Assembly (NCBI GenBank): GCA_041287245.1 | Contig: JBEULP010000108.1 | Span: 1 to 64,000, forward strand | Length of the DNA: 64,000 nt | Reading direction: 5' to 3' | Source of the DNA: Infirmifilum sp. | GTDB taxonomy: Archaea > Thermoproteota > Thermoprotei > Thermofilales > Thermofilaceae | In this document: positions 10,308-20,237 of the stretch, piece by piece | How the letters are laid out: each line of letters opens with the position of its first letter | How positions within the stretch are numbered: position 1 is the first letter of the stretch | Translations under genes and position numbers: made by a program | Notes under the pieces: model-generated | Databases searched by the model: none | What the model saw: the letters and a program-made list of their open reading frames with translations, nothing else | What the model was told of the DNA's origin: nothing

Positions 10308-10827
10308 ACACCTACTCTGGCGTATAGGAGCGGTTCAGAGGGGCAGTTTTAGACTGTCCTCTGGAAGAACAAGCAATATCTACGTAGATCTAAGGAGGCT
10401 ACCTTCACACCCTGAAGAGTATAAGCTGGTGCTCGAAGAGCTTGCCAGGAGGGTGGGCGGCATCGCCTTTGACGTTGTATGCGGGATTGCCGTGGGAGGG
10501 TTGCCTCTGAGCGCCTGTCTAGCCCACCTGTTGGGTAAGCCTTTAATCTACGTTAGAAAGGACAGGAAGAACCACGGAACGATGAGGCAGCTTGAAGGAG
10601 ACTACACCGCTGGAGAGAGGGCTATAATAGTAGACGACGTGGCGACCACCGGGGGCTCGATTATTGAGGCAGCAAGGGTATTAAGATCTCAAGGACTAGT
10701 CGTTGAGGACGCGATAGTCGTGGTGGACCGCGAGGAGGGGGCTCGGGAAGCTCTTGAAGCCGAAGGACTCAGGCTGCACAGTCTAACAACCCTAAGGAAG
10801 CTCTTAGAGGTGGGTCAAATTGTTTAG
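10297..10827 (+). CDS. pyrE: Orotate phosphoribosyltransferase
   Basis: [37 protein letters not shown]. Confidence 0.93.
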   Translation: MAIEHLLWRIGAVQRGSFRLSSGRTSNIYVDLRRLPSHPEEYKLVLEELARRVGGIAFDVVCGIAVGGLPLSACLAHLLGKPLIYVRKDRKNHGTMRQLEGDYTAGERAIIVDDVATTGGSIIEAARVLRSQGLVVEDAIVVVDREEGAREALEAEGLRLHSLTTLRKLLEVGQIV

Positions 10828-11737
10828 GGGGCGGGACATCCTCTCAATACTTGACTTTACGAGAGAAGAGCTCGAGGAACTCTTCCACGAGACGGACAAG
10901 ATAACTGCAAACCCCAGCAGTTACGCCGGAGCCCTTAGGGGCTTCGTCATGGCCACTGCGTTCTTTGAGCCCAGCACTAGGACGAGGCTAAGCTTTCAGT
11001 CTGCAATGCTAAGGCTAGGGGGGAGCTACATCGACCTCGGAGAGCTTGAACGCTCCTCAGTCGCTAAGGGAGAAAACCTTTCAGACACTATCAGGATGCT
11101 TGACTCCTACGCCGACGTTATCGTTGTGCGTCACAAGCTTGAAGGAGCTGCCCGATTCGCAGCTGAGATAGCAGAGTCGCCTGTTATAAATGCTGGCGAC
11201 GGCAGGAAGCACCACCCGACCCAGGCGATGCTTGATCTTTACACGGTGAGGCGTGCGAAGGGCGTGATAGACGGGCTGGTGTATGGCGTCCTGGGGGATT
11301 TGAGGTTCGGGAGGGCTGCGGCCAGCTTCATCCTCGGCTTGTCGCTCTTCCACCCTAGGAAAATCTACCTCATATCCCCCGAGCTCCTGAGGGCGAGGCG
11401 TGACGTTCTGGAGGTGCTTGACTCTGTGCACGTAGACTACGAGGAAGTTGGTAGCCTGAGCGAAGTTCTACCCGAGCTTGACGTCCTCTACGTTACGCGT
11501 GTTCAGAAGGAGCGCTTCCCCGACCCCGCTGATTATGAGAAGGTGAAGGGCAGCTACATCGTGACGACGGAGACCCTACGAGATGCTAAGGAGGACCTTG
11601 TAGTTATGCACCCGCTCCCGAGGGTGGACGAGATAGCGTATGATGTGGACTCGACTCGGCACGCCATCTACTTTAAACAGGCTGAGCTTGGGGTTTGGGT
11701 TAGGATGGCTCTTCTCAAACTCATGCTTGTGGGGTGA
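10820..11737 (+). CDS. pyrB: Aspartate carbamoyltransferase catalytic subunit
   Basis: [31 protein letters not shown]. Confidence 0.97.
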   Translation: MFRGRDILSILDFTREELEELFHETDKITANPSSYAGALRGFVMATAFFEPSTRTRLSFQSAMLRLGGSYIDLGELERSSVAKGENLSDTIRMLDSYADVIVVRHKLEGAARFAAEIAESPVINAGDGRKHHPTQAMLDLYTVRRAKGVIDGLVYGVLGDLRFGRAAASFILGLSLFHPRKIYLISPELLRARRDVLEVLDSVHVDYEEVGSLSEVLPELDVLYVTRVQKERFPDPADYEKVKGSYIVTTETLRDAKEDLVVMHPLPRVDEIAYDVDSTRHAIYFKQAELGVWVRMALLKLMLVG

Positions 11738-12210
11738 CAGGTGTGGAGGATAGGTTGATGGTTAGGAAGATCAGGGATGGCACAGTCATAGACCATATAC
11801 CATCTGGGAGGGCTTTGGATGTGTTGAAGATACTGGGCCTGACGGGAAAAGAGAATATTACGATAGCACTGGTCATAAACGTTGAAAGCAAAAAGCTAGG
11901 CAGGAAGGACATCGTGAAGCTCGAGGGACATTTCCTTAAACCCGCCGAGGTGGACGTAATCTCGCTGGTTGCGCCTACAGCGACAATTAACATCGTCAGA
12001 GACTACCAAGTCGTCGAAAAGAGACAGGTCCAGATACCAGAAGAGATAGTGGGCCTGCTCCGCTGCGTAAACCCTCTCTGCATCTCCAACTCCAGGGAGC
12101 CTATCACTCCAAGGCTTAAAGTCATATCGAAAGACCCCTTGAAGCTTAAATGCGTGTACTGCGACGAGGTGTTCGGAGAGGAGGCGATAGCCCAGCTGGT
12201 GTCAAAGTAG
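11734..12210 (+). CDS. pyrI: Aspartate carbamoyltransferase regulatory subunit
   Basis: [16 protein letters not shown], Zn site CVNPLC...CVYC. Confidence 0.96.
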   Translation: MTGVEDRLMVRKIRDGTVIDHIPSGRALDVLKILGLTGKENITIALVINVESKKLGRKDIVKLEGHFLKPAEVDVISLVAPTATINIVRDYQVVEKRQVQIPEEIVGLLRCVNPLCISNSREPITPRLKVISKDPLKLKCVYCDEVFGEEAIAQLVSK

Positions 12211-12959
12211 TGTACGCCCAAGCAACCATAGTAAGGGTGGCACGTCAAGGCAACGTTTCTGTACTGAGGCTTGCAGCTTTTCTCGATAACCCGAAGCCCG
12301 GACAGTTCATAATGTTGTGGCAGCCGGGTCTCGGCGAGATACCACTAAGCATAGCTGACTATGAATCAGGCGAGCTTCTACTACTAATAACCAAGAGGGG
12401 AAAAGTTACGACACATATTTACGAGAATGCGCGCGAAGGCCAGAGAATGTTCATTCGAGGTCCCTACGGGAAACCTTATACAACCCCCAACCCGGGATCT
12501 AGAATACTTCTCGTAGGGGGAGGTAGCGGAGTGGCCCCTCTACACTTCCTGGCTAAGCAGCTCGGCCTGCGAGGATACCACTGCACAGCTGTCATAGGAT
12601 TCAAGAGTTCACGTGAAGCCCTGCTAGTTGACTCTTTTTCAAGAATCTGTAGAACCACTGTGGTAACGGAGGACGGCACGCTCGGTGAGAAGGGTTTAGC
12701 TACAGATACAGCGTCGCGACTTCTCAGCAGTGAAAAGTTCGACTGGATATACGCTTGCGGCCCCGAACAGCTAATTTCAAAGACGCTTTCCTTAGCCATA
12801 GACTCTGAGGCTCACTTCGAGGCTTCGCTTGAACGCTACATGAGGTGTGCTGTAGGCATATGCGGCTCATGCGTGTTGGAGCCAGTTGGGCTAAGAGTTT
12901 GCAGGGACGGTCCAGTATTCCCCCGGGAAATATTAATTAAAGTATTTCAGAATATATAA
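12210..12959 (+). CDS. pyrK: Dihydroorotate dehydrogenase electron-transfer subunit
   Basis: PGQFIM, RGPYG, GGGSGVAPL, ACGP, MRCAVGICGSC...VCRDGPVF [2Fe-2S] motif; last gene of the pyr run. Confidence 0.88.
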   Translation: MYAQATIVRVARQGNVSVLRLAAFLDNPKPGQFIMLWQPGLGEIPLSIADYESGELLLLITKRGKVTTHIYENAREGQRMFIRGPYGKPYTTPNPGSRILLVGGGSGVAPLHFLAKQLGLRGYHCTAVIGFKSSREALLVDSFSRICRTTVVTEDGTLGEKGLATDTASRLLSSEKFDWIYACGPEQLISKTLSLAIDSEAHFEASLERYMRCAVGICGSCVLEPVGLRVCRDGPVFPREILIKVFQNI

Positions 12960-12968
12960 AGAAAAAAT

Positions 12969-13328
12969 TTAAACAGCCTCGTCTTCAAACTCTACTACTC
13001 CCGTCCCATAGCTCTTAATTGATACCTCTAGGCTGACCTTGTGCTTACCCTTGGCGTATTGTCCCTTAACACGGACTTCAAGCTCGCTTCCAACGGGGAT
13101 TTCGAGTGGCGCTTCTGGGGAGGGCGTTGCAGATACTGGCTGGCCGTTCAAGAATAGTTGGGTATCTTCCAGCTTGACAGGGGCACCGTCAACCTGGATC
13201 TTAATTGGAGAGTCGACCTGGGCTGTGGCGAGGTTATTCTTAAGCTTGAAGGACAGGATGTTATCAGAGACTTTCATACTACCTTTCACGTAGAGCCTTC
13301 TTAGAAGAGCCTTTGGGATATACCCCAT
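12969..13328 (-). CDS. Small beta-rich conserved hypothetical protein
   Basis: 119-aa ORF MGYIPKALLRRLYVKGSM...FKLKNNL; divergent from the GDPD gene across an AT-rich spacer. Confidence 0.7.
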   Translation of the reverse strand: MGYIPKALLRRLYVKGSMKVSDNILSFKLKNNLATAQVDSPIKIQVDGAPVKLEDTQLFLNGQPVSATPSPEAPLEIPVGSELEVRVKGQYAKGKHKVSLEVSIKSYGTGVVEFEDEAV

Positions 13329-13416
13329 GTTTTTTCTACCGCTTTTTATCAAGCTTGACTCTTAATAAATCTTTATTTTCCAAAACTTTTTTAAAAGAGA
13401 AAAACATGTTTTGGCT

Positions 13417-14121
13417 ATGAATCACCTGAAAAGAATGTTTATCCTAACAGGCCACAGGGGTGCTAGAGCCTTATCACCCGAAAACACACTTCCAAGCTTT
13501 CTCAAAGCCCTGGAGTGCGGCGCTACAGGAGTAGAATTCGACGTTAGAAAAACAGCAGATGGGATACCAGTTATAATACACGACGACGAGCTTAAACTTT
13601 TAACCGGAGTAGAAGCAAGGGTAAGCCAGCTAGCATTCAACGAGCTCTCAAAGCTTAAGGTGCTGGGGGCTGCAAGGATACCTACTTTGCGTGAAGTCCT
13701 TGCTCTCGCCAAGGGGCGCCTCTATGTGGACATTGAGATAAAAGTACCGGGGGTAGAGGAGGAGGTGGCGGATGCTCTAAGGGAGCTTGGCATGATCCAA
13801 GACGCATTGGTAACCTCCTTCCTCCCCGGGACATTGGAGCAGGTTAAAAAAATAGAGCCGCGGGTAGAGGTGGGATTGCTCTTAGAAGAATGGGACGAAG
13901 AATACCTCGAATTGGCCCAGAAGATAGGGGCTAAAGCGATACTACCAGCTTACGAGATCATAACCTACGACCTCGTCCAGAAGGTTAAATCACAGGGGTA
14001 TGCCCTCATCACCTGGACCGTCAACAACCTGCAAGACGCTACACACCTGTTATCACTCGGCGTTGACGGGATCATAACAGACGACCCTTGCCAACTTCAA
14101 CAAATCAAGAGGCTTGCATAA
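13417..14121 (+). CDS. Glycerophosphodiester phosphodiesterase
   Basis: GHRGARALSPENTL, VEFDV, IIHD, DIEIK, WTVN, DGIITDDP. Confidence 0.93.
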   Translation: MNHLKRMFILTGHRGARALSPENTLPSFLKALECGATGVEFDVRKTADGIPVIIHDDELKLLTGVEARVSQLAFNELSKLKVLGAARIPTLREVLALAKGRLYVDIEIKVPGVEEEVADALRELGMIQDALVTSFLPGTLEQVKKIEPRVEVGLLLEEWDEEYLELAQKIGAKAILPAYEIITYDLVQKVKSQGYALITWTVNNLQDATHLLSLGVDGIITDDPCQLQQIKRLA

Positions 14122-14237
14122 ACAGGCCTCGCAAGCTAAAAGCCTTGACAAGCAAGAGCTTTTTGACGCATATAACTCTTGGCTATAGCGGATAGAGTCA
14201 ATTCGATTAACCGTCGTGTCTCGCCTTCTATGAATAC

Positions 14238-14921
14238 CTACTCGGATATGAGTCTGAGCAGCTTCCACAACGTGTGGACCCTAATATTCTTCCTTTCTTC
14301 TAACCATTTCAGATACGCTTCGTCTAAGTTTCTCGACTGAACTATGTAGTTGAATACATAGTCAACGTACTCCTTAACTGCTTCATCCGTGATCGTCCTA
14401 GCGTCTAATGTTTCAGGCGGAGGATAAGGCAACTTCCAGACATCTACGGCGTGTGTGGAGCGAGGCATGCCATTTACAATCGTGATCCAACCTTTGCGGG
14501 GGGTAACCTCAGCCCGGGTTGAAAACATCCTCCATTCATCCAACTTTATTTTCCCGGTGATACGGGTTCTCAACGTTAAAGCTAAAAGCTCCGAGTAGTG
14601 TGAGAGCAATTCTCCTGCTGTACGGAGATAACATTCAACCCGAGCGCCGAGCTGGGGTAACACGAGTAAAAGTGGTTTTTCAACCCATAACCAGCCTGAT
14701 GCATGCCCCCTGAAAACATCCCTGACCACCTCCACCACTCTCTGGAAACTGACTGTTCCCTTCGCGTAAAGGTTCAAGATACTCTCAAGCTCCTTGGGAT
14801 ATGGGAGCGCAACCCCGCTAAAAGCCTCTGTTCTATCCAACAGTCTGTTAGCGAGCTTCAGCCTCGCCATCCTAAGCCGCGGGGCCGATAAAACCCAACC
14901 TTCCATTTTCTTAATTTTCAA
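14238..14921 (-). CDS. Hypothetical protein
   Basis: 227-aa ORF filling the interval, TATA-like tract upstream; no motif recognised. Confidence 0.6.
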   Translation of the reverse strand: MKIKKMEGWVLSAPRLRMARLKLANRLLDRTEAFSGVALPYPKELESILNLYAKGTVSFQRVVEVVRDVFRGHASGWLWVEKPLLLVLPQLGARVECYLRTAGELLSHYSELLALTLRTRITGKIKLDEWRMFSTRAEVTPRKGWITIVNGMPRSTHAVDVWKLPYPPPETLDARTITDEAVKEYVDYVFNYIVQSRNLDEAYLKWLEERKNIRVHTLWKLLRLISE

Positions 14922-15070
14922 GGCTTAAGGTCTTATAATGCTTTTCATATCGGGGGAGACGTATGTGGATAAAACCTTGAGAAGGCCAGCTGTGGAGTCG
15001 CCACACTCCCTTCACAGGGTCTCGGTTCAATAGAAAGCCAATTATATCAGCGAGCACGTTTAAACTGTGA

Positions 15071-15123
15071 ATGATGACCAACCGGAGAACTCTCTGAACT
15101 ATGAGGAGAGCGGCCGTAGCTGA
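15071..15123 (+). ncRNA. Archaeal box C/D methylation-guide sRNA
   Basis: Box C ATGATGA 15071-15077, D' CTGA 15094-15097, C' ATGAGGA 15101-15107, D CTGA 15120-15123; intergenic; TATA-like TTATAT at 15042-15047. Confidence 0.85.
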
Positions 15124-15406
15124 AATCGCTTCTCAATGCTTCTCTTGAAACACGGGGTTCAATAGTAGTCGCCTATCCTAGAGCGTTGAGAGTACAGGGC
15201 TATCTCTATTCAATTACTTTCTTTATAAAAATGAAAAATATTCAGAGGAGAGCCCAGCAATCTATACCTTAAGCGAATGTAATTTAAGCTTTGTCGAGAG
15301 AATGAAAATTTTTCTTTTATTCTCTCTGCCCCGCGCTTTTTCATGTATAATTTTCAATAAAAAACAAAGTAAAAAATAAATAGTTGTTATTTTTAGCCGC
15401 AGTGAT

Positions 15407-16642
15407 ATGAAGAAAACCCTAGTATTGTTCCTGACACTGGTTTTGGCTTCTGCAATCCTAGCTTCTAGCTTGGCGCAAGCCCCGCCGATTAAAGTTAGAG
15501 TCGTCGTTGGATACGAAAATGACGCCTCTCTTAACCAGGTAACCAATCTAGTTGGTGCCTCACCCTTCAAGAAAATATCTGAGATCAAGGTGGCTGTCTT
15601 CGAGGTTCCCATACAGGCTATTGACGCGATTAGCCGGGTGCGCGGCGTGAGGTATGTCGAGGTGGATAAGGAGGCAAAAGCCCTTGAGTTCTCGTCTTCC
15701 CCTGACGTGCTATGGAACATTAAGATGATCAACGCGAACAAGGTGTGGGACAGCTACTTCGCCACAAAGGGGTGGGCTGCTCTCGGCAAGGGAGTAGTGG
15801 TGGCTGTGCTGGATACCGGTATAGACTACACGCACCCCGAGCTTAAAGGGAAGATAGCCTGGTGCGCCTACACCGTCGGGGTCAAAACTTACACTGGGAC
15901 AAACCTAAAGAACTGTGCTGATCGAAACGGGCACGGCACTCACGTCGCAGGCATCATCGCCGCTACCGTCAACGGCGTCGGAAGCGCCGGAGTCGCTCCC
16001 AACGTGACCCTCTACGCCATAAAGGTCCTAAACGACGCAGGCTCTGGCACCTACACCGACATCGCCGAAGGCATAATACTCGCGGTTAAAGGGCCTGACG
16101 GGGTTGTCGGCACGAGCGACGACGCCAAGATACTCAGCATGTCACTCGGGGGGAGCAGTGACAGTCAAACACTTCACGACGCGATAGTGTGGGCCTATAA
16201 TAATGGAGTCGTGATCGTGGTTGCCGCGGGGAACTCCGGCGATGGTAATCCATCCACGGATAACGTTGAGTATCCAGCAAGGTATAGTGAGGTTATCGCG
16301 GTCGCAGCTGTCGACTCGAACGGCAACACCCCCACGTGGAGCAGCGACGGGCCAGAGGTCGATATTGCAGCTCCAGGCGTAAATGTTTACTCTACCTACA
16401 AGTCCGGAGGATATGCCACACTTTCGGGTACAAGCATGGCTACGCCTCATGTCTCAGGGGTAGTGGCGCTCATACAGGCTCTCCGTATAGCTAGCGGTAA
16501 GGCACCTTTAACGCCCAGCCAGGTTTATGCGGTGCTTACTTCGACAGCAGTCGATCTGGGTTCTCCAGGCTTCGACGTCTTTACAGGCTACGGTTTGGTC
16601 AACGCATACGCTGCTGTGGAAGCAGCTTTAAAACAGCCATAA
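15407..16642 (+). CDS. Secreted subtilisin-like serine protease (S8) with signal peptide and propeptide
   Basis: Catalytic triad VLDTG, HGTHVAG, GTSMATPH; hydrophobic N-terminal signal. Confidence 0.95.
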   Translation: MKKTLVLFLTLVLASAILASSLAQAPPIKVRVVVGYENDASLNQVTNLVGASPFKKISEIKVAVFEVPIQAIDAISRVRGVRYVEVDKEAKALEFSSSPDVLWNIKMINANKVWDSYFATKGWAALGKGVVVAVLDTGIDYTHPELKGKIAWCAYTVGVKTYTGTNLKNCADRNGHGTHVAGIIAATVNGVGSAGVAPNVTLYAIKVLNDAGSGTYTDIAEGIILAVKGPDGVVGTSDDAKILSMSLGGSSDSQTLHDAIVWAYNNGVVIVVAAGNSGDGNPSTDNVEYPARYSEVIAVAAVDSNGNTPTWSSDGPEVDIAAPGVNVYSTYKSGGYATLSGTSMATPHVSGVVALIQALRIASGKAPLTPSQVYAVLTSTAVDLGSPGFDVFTGYGLVNAYAAVEAALKQP

Positions 16643-16878
16643 AATTCCAGGCGATCTAAGAAAGTGGTAAAGGTTTTTCTAACGAGTAAAAAGTTCGAGT
16701 CGTCTTCTCTTATCCAGATGAAAAAGCCGGCTTAATCCAACTTTAAATGTGTTTTCACATTTTCTAAAGGTTCGCAAAAGCAGCATGTCATCCAGTCCCT
16801 TGGCTGCGTTATCGGTTTTTAGAACCAAAAAGTGGCGAAGAGAGTAGCATTTTTAAACGAAATCGCGGCTTTTCACCT

Positions 16879-18288
16879 GTGACATTTGATAAGGCTGTTT
16901 TAGTACTCGGGTCCCCTTCCTTTACCTTCGAGTCCGGAGCTTCTACCTTGACAAGGGTCTTAGAGTCTTTTGATGTAAAAAGTGTTGAGATATTTTATAG
17001 CCGGTTTGCAGAGCTAGAAGCTAAGAGGCTTCAGTACTTCGCTAGTAAACTTTTCAATCTTGAAGTCAACATTTCTCCTCTTCCCAACCTACTCTCTCAA
17101 GCCGTCGAGGCTCTAGAAAAAGTTACAACTAGGGATAGCCTCGTTGTTCCTACAGCAGGCTCTCTTCTCGGAGCGATAGCCTCTACACACGTTGCCGACA
17201 AGATTGGCGCTAGGATTCTACACGTAATGTTTCCTTTTGGGCCCTGGAGCGGCTTCTTTTACCCATATATCCCGAGGTATCTACAGCCAATAGTGGCCTT
17301 GGGGGGCGCTGTCGAGACATCCTATAGACCCTTTGATGCCAAGAAGGCTGAGAGCTTTCTCGGCGATACCGAGAACATCTACATCACCACGAAGCTCGGC
17401 AGGGCTATAGCTAGGATTAGCCTCATGCTCAATACTTCTCTAAGAGATTTGTGGGTTAACGACGTGTCAACCCCAGAGTTAACACTAGAGCTTCGAGACG
17501 ACATAAGCGAGAAGGAACTCTCTATAAACGTTTACGCGCGGACCACTACCCATGCTCAACTCCTGTGCAACCTTGCCAAGGTTGAGCGTCATCAAGCTGT
17601 AAAAAGCATCCCCACTTTAAACACCACCGGTAGCCATGCGAGGGCATCTATAGGGACAGGCTCTGCATCTCTAGATGCTTTTCACAGGTTTGTCTCCGAG
17701 GTTTTCTATTTGCTGGCAGGGGGTAGGGAGAAGTGCCTTGGCAGGAAAACAGTTGAAGGAGAAGGCTTCTTGAAAGGCATACTTAACGAGATGTACACCT
17801 TAACAGGCTTCGAGTTGCTTAGCCTGGATCCAAAGTCAAGATACGTCATAGATACCAATGTGGTGTACAAAGGTATTCATAATGTTGCAAGGCCAGGTGG
17901 GCCTAGGATAATTATCCCGTACTGTGTACGTTACGAGGTCCTGGATAAGCTCGCACGGAGTAAATCTCCATGTTCAAAGTTCTATATGCAGTTCGTCAGG
18001 CTGGCACTAGAGATGCTTGAAAGCTACGCTTCTAGGATTCCAAGCAACCCTGTGAACTGCGACATGGCCATCCCTGCGATAGACCCCGAGCTGATTAGAA
18101 AGGCTGTCATTTTATCAGCGGATTCCCACGCTGTAGATATGTGGAAGGAGATGGTGTTAAGCAAGTATACTCTGATAACCCCTGTTACAAGGAATATGAT
18201 TAGGCCCGCAAGCGGGGCTGAGCTTCACTATGCTTTAATACAACTAGCTGCCTTCTTGTGCCTTCTTAGAAAGCACATACACCCTTAG
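16879..18288 (+). CDS. Putative CARF-like Rossmann domain + C-terminal PIN ribonuclease
   Basis: C-terminal YVIDTNV, VRYEVL, CDMAI, ILSAD supply four PIN acidic residues; N-terminal beta/alpha alternation with VLVLGSP and LVVPTAGS resembles CARF motifs. Confidence 0.55.
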   Translation: MTFDKAVLVLGSPSFTFESGASTLTRVLESFDVKSVEIFYSRFAELEAKRLQYFASKLFNLEVNISPLPNLLSQAVEALEKVTTRDSLVVPTAGSLLGAIASTHVADKIGARILHVMFPFGPWSGFFYPYIPRYLQPIVALGGAVETSYRPFDAKKAESFLGDTENIYITTKLGRAIARISLMLNTSLRDLWVNDVSTPELTLELRDDISEKELSINVYARTTTHAQLLCNLAKVERHQAVKSIPTLNTTGSHARASIGTGSASLDAFHRFVSEVFYLLAGGREKCLGRKTVEGEGFLKGILNEMYTLTGFELLSLDPKSRYVIDTNVVYKGIHNVARPGGPRIIIPYCVRYEVLDKLARSKSPCSKFYMQFVRLALEMLESYASRIPSNPVNCDMAIPAIDPELIRKAVILSADSHAVDMWKEMVLSKYTLITPVTRNMIRPASGAELHYALIQLAAFLCLLRKHIHP

Positions 18289-18320
18289 CCGTTAGGATTC
18301 GCAATTCGTCGAAGGCAGCC

Positions 18321-18376
18321 TCAGCATGAGGGGGTGCTTGTATCAGCTCTTCGGGCTAGTAGTTCTAGCTCTTCAG
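18321..18376 (-). ncRNA. Candidate box C/D sRNA (degenerate boxes)
   Basis: Minus strand: CTGAAGA (C-like), 15 nt, CCGA (D'), CTGATAC (C'-like), 15 nt, CTGA (D); 56 nt, intergenic. Confidence 0.4.
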
Positions 18377-18441
18377 GAGGCCTTTTCGCGTTAAAGTCAG
18401 GTAAAGCTATGTTTATTTGCCTGCCCCCCACGTAGTATAGC

Positions 18442-18828
18442 GTGAAGCTAAGTGTTTTCTCAGCAGGGGATATTGAATACTCCTATGGAGTTATAGAGTT
18501 TGAGCCATCAGAAGAGGTTTTGAAGAAGTTATCCGGTAGAGACGCAAGTAGCCTACAGAGGGAGCTTGAAGAGAAGACTGGCCTCACCTTTACCTCTTTT
18601 AGCTTTGCTAGAGGAGCTATGAATTACAAAGGAGAGTTGCTTGACCTAGCATATCTCAGGTTCGAGCTTGAAGATGGGTTAGGCTTCGAGGTTGAAATAT
18701 ACGAGAGGTCGGCTAGGAGCTTCTCTAACACTAATCCACAAGAGCATTTTTCAATTGTAAACAAACTTATAAGTGCTCTTTACCCTGATATTAAGCTTAG
18801 CGGTCCAAGGTTAATCAGTTACGTCTAG
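18442..18828 (+). CDS. Hypothetical protein
   Basis: 128-aa ORF whose stop overlaps the next start. Confidence 0.65.
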   Translation: MKLSVFSAGDIEYSYGVIEFEPSEEVLKKLSGRDASSLQRELEEKTGLTFTSFSFARGAMNYKGELLDLAYLRFELEDGLGFEVEIYERSARSFSNTNPQEHFSIVNKLISALYPDIKLSGPRLISYV

Positions 18829-19784
18829 TGAGGCATATGAACGTGATTCTAACCGGCGGAGCAGGCTTTATTGGCAGTCACCTAGCTGAGAAGCTCGTCA
18901 ACCGTGGATACTCTGTTACAATAATAGACAATTTCTCTTCGGGGAAGCCTGAAAACCTGGCGAGTGTTCACGGCAAGGTACGCCTGATAAAAGGTGACCT
19001 ACGCTTTCCCGAGAGCTTTCAAGACGCTTTCAAAGAGGAGGTGGACACTGTCTTCCACTTCGCTGCAAACCCCGAAGTTCGAATAGGTGACCCCAGGGAA
19101 CACTTCGAAAACAACATTCAGGCGACGTATCACCTGCTAGAAACCATGAGGAAGAAAGACGTGAGAGACATAGTCTTTGCATCTACGAGCACCGTCTATG
19201 GCGACGCCAGTATACTCCCAACACCTGAAGACTACTCACCCATGAAGCCCATTTCACTCTACGGGGCGTCAAAGCTTGCATGCGAGTCCCTGCTTTCATC
19301 CTACGCCTACACCTATGGCTTTAAGGCTGTTGCCCTTAGGTATGCGAACGTCGTCGGACCACGGGCTAAGAGAGGAGTCGTTAAAGACTTTGTCTCAAAG
19401 CTTATCGCTAACCCTCTAGAACTGGAGATATTGGGGGATGGTACTCAGCGGAAAAGCTATGTTTGGATAGAGGACGCCGTTGAAGGAACCTTAATAGCGT
19501 GGGAGAAAACTGACAGAGGGTTCGAGGCTTACAACGTGGGGAGTGAGGACTCGATAACAGTCCTGGAGGTCGCTGATATAGTAGTTCGGGTATTGGGTTT
19601 AAAAGGCGTAACCTACAGGCTTACGGGCGGGGTAGACGGCGGGAGAGGCTGGGTTGGAGACGTGAAGTACATGCACCTTAAGATAGACAAGCTGAGGTCT
19701 CTAGGCTGGAGGCCCAAGTTTGGGAGCCGAGAAGCCGTAAAGATGGCCGCCGAGGCGTTTTTAGGCGAAGTTAGACCACGCTAG
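18828..19784 (+). CDS. NAD-dependent nucleotide-sugar epimerase/dehydratase (GalE-like)
   Basis: TGGAGFIGSH, ASTSTVYG, YGASK; start may be ATG 18837. Confidence 0.92.
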   Translation: MRHMNVILTGGAGFIGSHLAEKLVNRGYSVTIIDNFSSGKPENLASVHGKVRLIKGDLRFPESFQDAFKEEVDTVFHFAANPEVRIGDPREHFENNIQATYHLLETMRKKDVRDIVFASTSTVYGDASILPTPEDYSPMKPISLYGASKLACESLLSSYAYTYGFKAVALRYANVVGPRAKRGVVKDFVSKLIANPLELEILGDGTQRKSYVWIEDAVEGTLIAWEKTDRGFEAYNVGSEDSITVLEVADIVVRVLGLKGVTYRLTGGVDGGRGWVGDVKYMHLKIDKLRSLGWRPKFGSREAVKMAAEAFLGEVRPR

Positions 19785-20202
19785 TGATAACAATAAATGC
19801 CATTGCGAGCCTGTCCAGCGTCATTACGCCCTCATGCTTGAGGCTTCTCTTTACTCTGCCGTCCTCTCGCACGAGAAAAACAACAGTGGGGGATACATGG
19901 ACGTCGAAGCACTCAAAGAGTTTCCTAGCGGGCTCGGCGGAACACTGCCTTGCAAACCAGTCGCAAAGGGCGATTATGAAGTAGGCGTCTTTTCCCTGCT
20001 TAGCGTTCTTCTCGACGAAGCTGAACCAGGTTTTGTCGAACTTTCTGCAGGCGGGACACCTAGTGTTGTCGAAGTAGATCACGTACACGCCGTTGTCCGA
20101 TGGCCAGGGTTGGTCTAGGAGAATCCAACCTCCTTTCTCAGCTGAGTAGATGTATACCCCGTTAGGTGTCAACGGACCTGGATGTTGATAAAGGGTAGAC
20201 AT
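19771..20202 (-). CDS. Thioredoxin-fold protein
   Basis: YFDNTRCPACRKF (CxxC), cis-Pro region VSPTVVF, extra CDWFARQC. Confidence 0.8.
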   Translation of the reverse strand: MSTLYQHPGPLTPNGVYIYSAEKGGWILLDQPWPSDNGVYVIYFDNTRCPACRKFDKTWFSFVEKNAKQGKDAYFIIALCDWFARQCSAEPARKLFECFDVHVSPTVVFLVREDGRVKRSLKHEGVMTLDRLAMAFIVITSVV

Positions 20203-20237
20203 ACGAGAGAATATCTAAATTTAGATATATTTCTTTC

